From assembly GCF_001949145.1 (NCBI RefSeq), contig NW_019091358.1, positions 2,846,535-2,910,534 of the forward strand: DNA of 64,000 nt, in the 5' to 3' direction. Below are positions 49,785 to 60,963 of the stretch, piece by piece (the first letter of the stretch is position 1; every line of letters starts with the position of its first letter). The position numbers and the translations under genes were made by a program. The notes beneath the pieces are model-generated. The model saw only the letters and a program-made list of their open reading frames with translations, was not told the DNA's origin and ran no database searches. The stretch is from Acanthaster planci (Eukaryota).

Positions 49785-52700
49785 TTCTAGGCACTTGATC
49801 TTTTCTGGTACTAATTAGACTCCAGGGATGCTACGATTTCACCAAATTCAGCTTCTATCTGAGCAAGATATTTGACTACAACACAAAAGACGCTTGTCTT
49901 ATACAACGTAGGTTGTTTCCTGTAATTCAAACAGTGTGCGATTATAAAACGTGCATAACCGGCACGGGCATTCTGCCGATCATCTGCGAAAAAAAAATGA
50001 GGGCTTCCAAAAATATATCACAAACAAACAAACGAAGAAAATATCCAATCCCAAGTTGATTCCGTTGTCCTCTTTGGATTCGAAACCATGGTCCACAGGG
50101 TTGGAAGGCGAGGAAACTACCAAAGAAGCAACCTTACAAGCACACCATTGTCACTTTATATTGCATCTTATGAATGTTTGATAATTGTGGAACGATCCCA
50201 AATGGCAAGGCGGTGCAGTACATCAGACACAGCCAAAGTGGCGTTGTACGTTGTGATAACGTTTTCATGTGCTTCCATTCGTATGTAAGTGCTTTATTCA
50301 AGGCAGTCTACACATATGTATTATCAAAGATCATATTTGCCCATAAAATACGTGCATGAAAGAGGAAACTTTGATTTTTATGAAAGTGACGAAATCTTCT
50401 TTCCCGCCCGCAGCTATCTCGAGCAGCTTTGATTACGTAACAACGCCCTTAACTTTACCAATCTACATTTTATTAGCTTTCTACGAGAGATAAAAATCAC
50501 CCGAAATGACTCGTGGTTGGCCTATTCATTTCAGCCTATTTAAATTTGTCTTATGTCGTATGTAACATCACAAACTGATATAACATGCTGGCCCCCTATC
50601 TATCATTAGTCTATGTCGAGAAATAATGATTTGTTTCTCAATGGACATTTACAAGGCTTTACGTAATCGAATCAGTACGTCCCTATAGTTCTTTCGTGGG
50701 AATAATACACGATGCATAATTTTGTGACATGGAATCTCGCTTACCCCATGTCAAAAAATCCCAGATTTTTCAGTAGAATTCCTGAGGACAGATTCTCGGC
50801 CAAATATCTCGCACTGATTGCACAAACAGAACTGAAGTTGAGGAAAACCAGCATTCTCTGACAACCTTCTAGCATCTTGGATAGTTTTTATATTGCTTAG
50901 AATCTTTGGATCACATTGAACAAATGGGTGTCATTGATGTGTCCAGCTACACTTAGCGTCAAACAAAACCAGGATAAGTCCCCTTAAAATAAAGCCTATA
51001 GGTGTACCGATGTTTCCCCCTGGCAGTTAAGGTGCGAATTTAATTGGCATTTAATGCCCCATCAGTCTGGGATAAATTACTGGTGCTTCATCGGTTGGAA
51101 GAAGCCTCGCACCTCAGAGATTGCTCAGTCCCGCCCTGAAAACCCATACCAAAAGCATCCCCCTTAGCTCCCTCGCTGGGTTCCCTGCAGGCCACCTCAT
51201 TTGCTGAGTACATACTTATTAAGAAGTTGGAAGTCCAGCCGGGCCTGTTGACCGGCTCGTCGCACCCCTCGATGGATGGAATTAAATAGATTGCCCCACC
51301 CTCGGACCTAATGAGTTTCGTCCCCCGTGCAGGTGCTGTCCTCGCACGCTTCAAGATGACTTGAAGGAGGAAAAATGCAAACACAAACGGCCTGGCTCCA
51401 GATGAAATCTTCCTAAAGCCCACTGTGCAAATTCAGGAATTCAGTGGAGGCCAAGGACCAGGTCTCTCCACTTGTCGCGCTGGATACACCTGGCTTTTGT
51501 CCTTCCTCGGAACGCTGGGGATTTTTAACTGGCACGGCGATGTACAAACACTTCTCCTTCACAACGTGGCCAAAAATCTCCCCAACTATTTCCCTCTCGA
51601 CACGTTGAGAGCGTTTCAAGTGCGACTCCAGGAAAGACTGTTGCGTTAGCAGTTAATTTCTGCTCCCTTTTTCTCCTCAGAGGGAAACAATCCGTAAGGT
51701 CTAAAGAAAGTCATCCATGTTGTCATTAAGAATTAGTGACTGGACTTTACCTTTTTTTCTCTCCAACAGAGTTGAGAAAACAGTGGTATGTCTTTACTGT
51801 AGTTGAAAGTGACACATTCCAATTTCTGTAAAACACATGACTTCGATATACCAAAACACAGAGGGTTGTTGAATTATACTATGACCGCCTATCTACACCG
51901 AATTCAGGCATCCATTAATTATATGTTGCAATCTATTTTGTATAATTTCACCACACTAATGACAAGTGTTTGGTTATTATTATTGTCATTATTTTATTTG
52001 TCCTCATCACAAAGGACAACACAAAAATACACAAAGACACCAAGATGACAGGAGCTGAGAAATTGAACCTAATCACTACTGCCAGCAGGCACATAGCCCC
52101 AAACAACAACAACAACCAAAAAGACAAAGGCATTACAAAAGAAACAATAAACGAAAATCGATATACATCTATACAACATTACAAAGCCAAACCCAACAGG
52201 GAGAAGCAGTTACAAATTAAAAAGATCATTAAAAAGCTAAAGGGGGAACAACGCAATATGAGTTCTATAAACGAATCATTCTGCCGAAACACTCTGCAGG
52301 TTAAGATATAGGTCGTATCATTGGAGGGGGATGGGCCAGGAAGAAACTGGTGGCCGAGTGGAGGTTATCCTTAAGCCCCCAGCAGCGATGACTGTCTGCC
52401 AAAATGTCAGATGTATATCCCCACGGATCCACTCTATTTGCTCTTCCCAAGAAAAACAACTGCTCAAATCACCCGTTCTTGAGAGCAAAGCACCATTTAA
52501 AACGTTTCCCCTTTTCAAAGTCTTTCCCTTCTCTAAATAGGGGACCTTATTTGCTTGTTTTAATTCCTGGATAGGCCATTTCAGTAGCTTACCTTTTTTG
52601 AAGGAGTGCGTGTCACTCAGGCTCACCTTCCTTGAGTACCATCTGCCTGCAAACACAATGTGTTTGTCCAGTGCTTGTCCGAATTAAGGGCAAATGAAGT

Positions 52701-54121
52701 GTTGGTGTTCGGTAAAGTCCGATTTAATGCGCTTTGTCCTGGCCCGCTGATAATAGGAGGAGGTATGCTGAGCTTGGTTGGAGGATGGAGAGTCAAGTTT
52801 TTGAAGTTTGCAAATTGCAAAATCCTTCAGGCTTTACTCACCCATTGGTAGATCTGATCGAAAGGCTTCAATCATACCCCCGGGAGTTGTTGTTTGTTTA
52901 TAATGAAAGAATGACAACCCTACCCACAAGTGTGTATTTTTTTTTATATTTATAGATTTTACACACAATGTCCAATAAAGATTGTACGAGGAAATCCTTA
53001 ATTATTTGCCCAGCCCCATTCCCCCGCCCCCCTCCTGACCCGAAAGTAAGTTTCTGGGTCCAGCCTTTACACTCAGTGTACTAGCTGTTCTTAGCTTAGT
53101 GCATTACGCAACATCGTTTCCAAGGTACACTTCTGAAAACTAGAAGCGGCAACAGCTGTCCCACGATTACCTTGTTCGCTGTTGCAGTGAGAAATTGATG
53201 TGTCGTGTTGATTTTTCCATGTATGTACATGTACATGTACCTGACGTCTGTACATGCACCGTGTCCTATTCTGTATAAAAGCACTTTTGTTTACTGTGAT
53301 CAAGGGCAGATTCAGAGGTGCAATTTTTTCGGCGGCAAAACATTTGGATTGTTTTATTTAACCCTTTGCCTTTTGAGGAGCGAGGCCAAGTTCCTCTGCA
53401 CGTGAGAAGATTGGAGCAAAATGAAAATGGCGGTTAGGCCTATGTTTGACTGATACGTCAAACTTACTTCAACAATCCCTCACTAACCCGTAGCCCATGG
53501 GTCCATGGTTTGTTGCAAGGGGCTCGCGGACCCTCGGCGCTTTCGCCCAAAATGTGCACTGAACACGAGCGATCCACAGTCAAGATTGCATGTCGCCTTG
53601 AAGGTTTAAATGTGCGTCTTTCCAATTTGCAATTTAAATATGCCAACAAACCGGTGCCAGTCCCCCTTAACCCCCCCGGGCTAAGGTATTTAATTTTTTT
53701 TCCTAATTACGCTAATAATGACTGAATAACTGGCCAAATCCAGGAAAGGCGAATGTTTCGGTTTGATGGAGAATCGCTGAAAGGTTCCGGGTTCACATCT
53801 AGTTGGTCAGCGGAGGGTATTGACTGAATACTATGTCAGTTTACCATCCGTAATGAGGTCCTTGAAATTTGAAAAATGTGAGTGGTATTGACAACTGTCA
53901 TTAATGGGAAATAGCAGTTCCAGGAGTCCTTGCACCAGCAAGTCAGCATGAACTATTACACTTGCTTTTTAGCCCATGTAGTATGTGCTCATAATAACCC
54001 CCGCCATCATGTTTCCCTTTTTTTTCATACTTTTAGTCACATCCTCCATGAACAATGAACTCCGGGTTCCATTGTGGAAGGAACGGGTAGACCACCCTGG
54101 CCGACTGATACATTGGTGAGT

Positions 54122-54165
54122 TCTCAACGTTTCGGCCACTGACCTGTAGCCATCGTCAGGACGTT
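54122..54165 (-). ncRNA. Minimal hammerhead-ribozyme-like motif (Penelope-type)
   Basis: Minus strand CUGACGA-U-GGCUAC-agguca-GUGGCC-GAAA-CGUU; 6-bp stem II; stem I poorly paired. Confidence 0.5.
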
Positions 54166-54410
54166 ACAATCACATATAGTGAAGAATAACATCCTTTCCT
54201 TTATTCCTTTGTCTGAATAACAAAACAATGCTGTGTACTTTTAAGCTACCTGATTTGACGGGGGGGGGTTGCAACACTTTTTTGGTGAGAGTATAATACC
54301 ACTGATAGACATACTAAGAGACGAGTAAACTGTGGACTGAAATTAACAGTGATATGCATATACCCAGCAAGAAATGAGACTGAGGGGTGCCCCCCCCACA
54401 TGTCCAATCC

Positions 54411-54905
54411 CTATACACATTCCAGACTATTGTTACTTAACACATCCCCCAAGATGTCTGAAAGGATTTCCCCAGATTCCTTCGAGACAATGACCAACAC
54501 AAAGCGGGGAGGGGGGTTCTCTCTGTCTCATACCTTGCTGCGTATGGATATGCAGCATTAACTGTTGTATTCGCGACTTCCTCTCCATCACATGTGATGA
54601 AGTTGTCGTTCTGAATAGCCTAATGTGGGTTTCAGTCAGCGTCATTTTCATTCTTGTCTCAGCGTGTACTAAACTATATTATGCTGGCACGGCTGTAGAC
54701 ATTTTGTTTGGAGAGCGCACTGTTTTGTCTTCGACGAGCGACGTCACTGTAGCACCCTCGTCCGGGTTAAACTATACCNCACACTCTAGACTATTGTTAC
54801 CTAACACATCCCCCCTAGAAGTCTGTAAAGAATTCCTGAGATTCCAATCAAACAATGACCAACACAAAGGCGGGAGGGGGGGTTCTGTCCGTCCCCTATC
54901 TTGCT
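54411..54905 (+). repeat. ~130-bp direct repeat pair (54411-54539 and 54772-54905)
   Basis: AGACTATTGTTAC(T/C)TAACACATCCCCC...AGATTCC...ACAATGACCAACACAAAG...GGGAGGGGGTTCT present in both copies. Confidence 0.85.
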
Positions 54906-57758
54906 TCAAATGGGTTAAACAGTATCGTCCGCACCCCTGCTGGGATGTTTACAAAAATGGCAATCTGAAATTTCGGTTGAAAGTTCACACTAGATCTACT
55001 TAGGTAGATGCTGAATAGTGTGCACGGGTGTGAGAGGTGAGGGCGAGAGACGGCACAGCCAGCAGGTAACCTGATGAAGCACTTGTGTTGTTAGCCGATC
55101 TGTTTAACACTAACTTAGTAGCCGCCTCGTGATCCCTGCTTATCCCACAAAACACTTCAGCTGGGCGGGGGAGCCATCAATGTGTGGCTTGAAACACCCC
55201 TTGTCAGCCAGTAAGCATGGGTTTGTCACAAAAGGGACGCGGGAACCACAACCACCACAGGTTGGCTCGTCAATTAAGGTTTGACCGGTTACGCTTGGTG
55301 GACAGATAAATCCACAGAAATCAACAACAATTTCGATCCTGTAGGATATCTCCCATTCCCCTTTTCCACACAAAATTTTTTTCCAAGACGCAGAGACATG
55401 CATCGGAAGGAAAGAATGATAGACCGATGGAACCTCGATCGGTGGCGTCATGTCAAGTCTGATACAGATAAAATGAATAAAGTGCAATTTTGAATCAATG
55501 TTTCAGGAATCCAGCGCGATTTGAATGCGCATAGGCCCCTGCAGTTCTTTTTTTCCAGCAGTCAAGTCTAACATCACCAGTCGCAGTGAGTACGAGACAA
55601 AAGAGACAGAAAGAGACAATTGAAGAAATCTAAAGCTGCTAACGTGGAGAGAGTAAAAAAAGGAATTCACCGTCCAAAAAAATTAGCTCATAGCAAGAAT
55701 ATATATGTATAACATTTCAGGGGAAAAGGTCAGAAAGTGCCAACTGAAATTCGACCACCAAAGTATACATAGATGCGGGTACGTTTAACTTAAAAAAAAG
55801 CCACAAAGGCTACGTTTTGGTACGAGGAGTGCATAAACATATACTTTTTGGTTAGTGCACGCATGGATTCGGCCTTCAAGAAAGAAATAAAAATAAATAG
55901 AAATAAGTGATATCAATTTGATTTTGTGTGCGACACGCGTCAGACATTTGACGACTTACCCGCATATTTAACCAAGTAAGTTGTCTTTTGCTTTGTTTGA
56001 CTGTTGTTGCTGTTTACTTTATTTAGAAGTTAAGAAAGGCTGTGTATTAAATTTACGTTGTCTCGAAGCTGCCAAAGGGATGCCTGCTCATAGGTGTGAA
56101 TCCACAAAATAGATCTGATGGCAGACTTTTATATAATGAAAGATTCACAATACACGGTTCACTGATTGTCATGTGCAAATCGTCTCCATTTTTTTTTAAA
56201 GTACACGCAGTTTTGTTTGTCACTTCTCATTATGAGCTTTTTCTAAACCTTTTTTAGTTCGTGATAATTTTGGCACGTGCATGTCTGATTTGGCGCGGTA
56301 ATGGAACTGATGTAAACAAAGTTAGTGTACACTGTACAGTAGGCTACACTCCTTCAGTTCCCTAACTATATAACTCCAACTGCACGGCCACGTCACTCTG
56401 GCTGAGTGCCGTCGGTATTACATGGGCGTCCCTCGGCTACTACCCTGTGACTTCTCTGCGCTAAGGTATTTTGGACGCTGCACAAATCTGCGGCGCTCAT
56501 TTGAATAATATTGCCCATTCACAGCAATTTTATTACTTGCGAATCTATTTACAGATGAAACGATTTTCTTGTCAAATTGTAAGCCCACAATTTGAAAGCA
56601 CTGACGATAAAGGGTTGCTCATTTTGGCTCAACATTGAATCCCCAAAGAATAGAACATTCACAACGGCAAAATACCCTAATTTCTAGCAACGATGAGAAT
56701 GTCTGCAGCTCTTAAATGTTACGGTACAAGAATTTGATTAATAAGTGGGACATCGATGAGGTTTCTTGTCTTGGTTTTAAAACCAGAGACAAATTTCTAA
56801 AATGGATAAGCTGCAACATTACCCCCGGAAAATGAAGGCACGATATTCTCTAGAAGACTGCCCTTTTTGTCCTGATTTAACTTGTTCAATCAATTATGAT
56901 GCATTTCCAGCTGGTTTGTAAGCCAACGTATACTTTGGTGCTAGTCTGGTAGACACTGAATTCTCTTACTTTGGTGCATTTTATGTATGCCAGTATATTT
57001 TCAGAGCCTCATGTGTTAGAAGGCAAATGTGTGGGGTTTATTAAAGACAATAAAATAAGCATATTTTGTCAAAACAGAAAAACTATTGTGCTCAATAGTT
57101 CAGCGTTCAGTAAATGGTTTGACCAGATTTATTTATCTTGTTTTGTTCAAACTTTTATCAAGGTTTCTTCTTAGTACGTCTTGGGCATTTATTTTGCTCA
57201 AGGATGTGGAGATCCGAAGCAACTTCGCGGGTCCACTTCAAGCCGCCATCATCATACTAAAACGTAATCTTTCCAGCTATTTCGGCTATTTCTTGAGGCA
57301 GGTCTGGGAGAAAATAAGGTAGGTACCAGGAATTATTCCAAGTAATCCAACGCTTCAAGTCTCAGGTGTTTTTCTGGGTTCAGTCGTAAAGATTTACGGC
57401 CGGAGGGAGTGAGAGATGGTGGGTGATAAAAAATACACATCCCTGCATGATGTGATTTTTTTCTGCTGTTGTTTTTATTGCTGCCCGTACATTTCTGTTC
57501 AGCATTATTACAGACAAATTTTATTTCTTTCTTATATTTTAGATAAAATGAATTGAAATTTTTGACTTTTCTGTCAATTCTTCTATCAAAATTATCCTCG
57601 GGTTCAAAATTGAGATTTTGGGGAGAAACGAAGGCCAGAACTTAGTTCACGCGTATACATAGAAATATTTTGAAAAGAGAAGTTTGTTTTACTATATCAA
57701 GTTTTGAGCGGTGTGACTGCTCGTCCGATTCTGTGCATGTAGGCCAATAGCGTTTATC

Positions 57759-57897
57759 CATGGAGGAAGGACACAGAAGGAGTTGTAACTCAGGCACTTC
57801 AAAACGTCCAATGATGGTCGCCGCCGAGTCTGACGAATAATAGAAAACATTCCAAAAATGCCTTATTGCTGCCTGCATCTTAGCCAGACAAGCGGGG
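57759..57897 (+). repeat. Dispersed repeat, copy 2, running into the assembly gap
   Basis: Aligns by eye with 18991-19126. Confidence 0.8.
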
Positions 57898-58633
57898 NNN
57901 NNNNNNNNNNNNNNNNNNNNNNNNNNNNNNNNNNNNNNNNNNNNNNNNNNNNNNNNNNNNNNNNNNNNNNNNNNNNNNNNNNNNNNNNNNNNNNNNNNNN
58001 NNNNNNNNNNNNNNNNNNNNNNNNNNNNNNNNNNNNNNNNNNNNNNNNNNNNNNNNNNNNNNNNNNNNNNNNNNNNNNNNNNNNNNNNNNNNNNNNNNNN
58101 NNNNNNNNNNNNNNNNNNNNNNNNNNNNNNNNNNNNNNNNNNNNNNNNNNNNNNNNNNNNNNNNNNNNNNNNNNNNNNNNNNNNNNNNNNNNNNNNNNNN
58201 NNNNNNNNNNNNNNNNNNNNNNNNNNNNNNNNNNNNNNNNNNNNNNNNNNNNNNNNNNNNNNNNNNNNNNNNNNNNNNNNNNNNNNNNNNNNNNNNNNNN
58301 NNNNNNNNNNNNNNNNNNNNNNNNNNNNNNNNNNNNNNNNNNNNNNNNNNNNNNNNNNNNNNNNNNNNNNNNNNNNNNNNNNNNNNNNNNNNNNNNNNNN
58401 NNNNNNNNNNNNNNNNNNNNNNNNNNNNNNNNNNNNNNNNNNNNNNNNNNNNNNNNNNNNNNNNNNNNNNNNNNNNNNNNNNNNNNNNNNNNNNNNNNNN
58501 NNNNNNNNNNNNNNNNNNNNNNNNNNNNNNNNNNNNNNNNNNNNNNNNNNNNNNNNNNNNNNNNNNNNNNNNNNNNNNNNNNNNNNNNNNNNNNNNNNNN
58601 NNNNNNNNNNNNNNNNNNNNNNNNNNNNNNNNN
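57898..58633. other. Assembly gap (736 N)
   Basis: Run of N. Confidence 0.99.
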
Positions 58634-58989
58634 TTTATGTTTCGGGTCACTTTCATACGAATGCCAGTTACACGGCGTAAGTTCGAAAGATTTGTGTCCC
58701 TAGATAGCATCCTTTCTGACAATATTCTTCCTCTTTCTCTTAAAAGGTAAAAACAACATTTCATAGACTTGATTTAAAGGGAATATTCACACCCGCTTTT
58801 GCACAGAACTGAACCCGGTAAGTAGGCCTATGGATCACTTTCGACGGCTCCGGGTACAACACACTCTTCCATTATCCACCTCCATTCGCCAACCGGCTGA
58901 TTCTGCCTATATCAGCATCCCATTGCTGTCAATTCTCCACTCTACCCCCTTCACTTTGCTACGCTACCAATTTCTATGGGTCTGGTTTG

Positions 58990-60826
58990 TCACATCAGTA
59001 ATTCCAGCACTCGACGCAGAGCTTAAGGGCTGCATGAGTTGGTGCGTCCTCCGGTAGTCGTCGGACATGGACGAAAGGGGAGTAGCGTCTCCGTGAGATG
59101 GTTACATGGCTCCATGTTTGTGGAGTTGTGGACAAAGTCGAGCCACCGGGTGCAAGGGATGTGCCGCTGGCACCTCATATTGAAGGCTTGTCGCCTATAC
59201 GAGTCCTCAACTAAGAGCGTCCACGTCTCAGACTCATACAGTACATGTATATAGGACAGCAAGGATGCGGGTCGTGTATAGACCACTCTCATTTTGCCTA
59301 CAACTTGTATGGGCGGGCAAAGTTTGCCGAAATAAAATTATCACCTTTATAATTTGGTTTTCGATTTTACCTCAAATTTATGCAAATTGGACATCTGTCC
59401 CTTGAATTTTAATTGGAGTTGTATTTTAATTTAGCGTGTGTATTGTTATGTGTTGTTCTGATAGCTGCGAGGGATTTGTAACACTTAGTGAATTATCGTT
59501 TTACTTTTATACCGACGGCCAGCCATAGTATTAGCAGCTACTTGTAGGAAAGACACAACTGCGACGTTAAAAGAACAGACCCTGGTTAAGAGCCTGAGGG
59601 GTTGTTCCGCCACCCACCCCCTCAGTTGGCCAAAGATTGATGAGGCGAGACCTATGCGTCTCAGGATGTCGGGGGAGGAATAGCCGGAAGGTCGATGTCA
59701 CAACCGATGTACCCGAACCCTGTGATTTGACAGGCTAGCCCTTGAGTGAGGACAGTGACGGACCGAGACCGGAGCAGTTCAGGATTTTCATTTTGGCCCC
59801 AGGACATGTGCTTACACATCGCTCCAGGTTCTTGTTCAAACCTCTGGGGACGGATGGGCCACTGGTGGAGTTTTCCTAGAAACAGGGCTGCATCATCGGC
59901 GCAGACCAGTTCTGTGAAGGACTTGTCTACGACAGATATTCCAAGGTCAGAGTAGCAGCAATTTCGGATCCAGTCGATGGCACAGCAGAATAGAGCCTGT
60001 TCGGAGGATGTAGCTCCGACGGACGCCAGAGGAAGTAGGAAGGGCTTTGAGAAGTCGTCGCTGATACGCACAATGGAGGTGCTACCGTCGTGCAGGGCCT
60101 GGATCAGGTGGAGCAGGGATGGTGGAACTGCGCTTGCTTTCAGAGCCTGCCATCAAGCTTTCTAATCTACCGAGCCTCGAAGGCTGCCTTGCGGTGTAGC
60201 TCCAACAAAATGTGGAAGGCAAACATTACTTCCATGGTTGACCGGTATTTTGTAAAGAAAGCCTGCGCGGGGTAACTGTCTTGGGTGGGTAGAGGCTCCA
60301 GGCAAAAGGCAGAATGTGGCAAAATACCTTTCCAGGGACTGGGAGCAGAGAGATGGGGCTTGTAACCGCTGCAATGGTTTTTGGGACCGTTTCCTTTGTA
60401 AAAGGAGATGATGCCATCCCTCCAGTAGGCGGGGACCCTGCCTGAAGACCAAATCTGGAGGAGCAGATCATTGAGAGCTGCGCTGGTTTTGGCCCCTGCG
60501 CACTTTAGCAGTTCTGGAGGTATGTCGTCAGGGCCTGCAGGGCGTCTATTCTTGAGTTTGCTAATGGTACAGCATGCCTCAGTCAGAGTACGAGAGACTG
60601 AGGAGATTTCTGTAGCGGGGGTTGTAGCATTTGCCTGTGCATCGAGGTGGAAGGGCATGGCAGGAGGATGCTTGAGAGAAAGCTTGTAGTGTTCTCGCCA
60701 GCGGGTATAGAGCCTCCTCGATTGACTTGCATGTGGTGACGTCAGCTGTGAGGGGTCACACATAATATGCTTGATGGCCTGGAAAGATGGGTCCAGGTTG
60801 TTTCGGCGCAGCCCTTCTTCTGCCTA
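58990..60826 (-). mobile_element. Degenerate RTE-clade LINE (reverse transcriptase region), frameshifted and interrupted at ~59290-59640
   Basis: KLKNRRPAGPDDIPPELLK, IWSSGRVPAYWRDGII, PISLLPVPGKVFCHIL, ELVCADDAALF (decayed YADD), LYESETWTL...AFNMRCQRHI...WLDFVHN, spread over several frames. Confidence 0.9.
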
Positions 60827-60862
60827 TAACAAAAATCTCTTCGTCAAATACAGCAATATATT

Positions 60863-60963
60863 GAAGCGTATAAGGGCCACTTGCAAAAAACAGTTTTGAG
60901 TTACTTTCTCACCGCGGCGAGGTAGTAACTAGAAAAAAAGTGCAAGTGACCCTTATACACTTC
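60863..60963. repeat. ~100-bp palindromic (foldback) element
   Basis: GAAGCGTATAAGGGCCACTTGCA and TGCAAGTGACCCTTATACACTTC (21/23 complementary), with inner AGTTACT...CCGCGG...AGTAACT symmetry. Confidence 0.75.

Noticed and set aside
57858..58764. Long ORFs of 281 and 294 aa in the ORF track
   Set aside because: Artefacts of reading through the N gap
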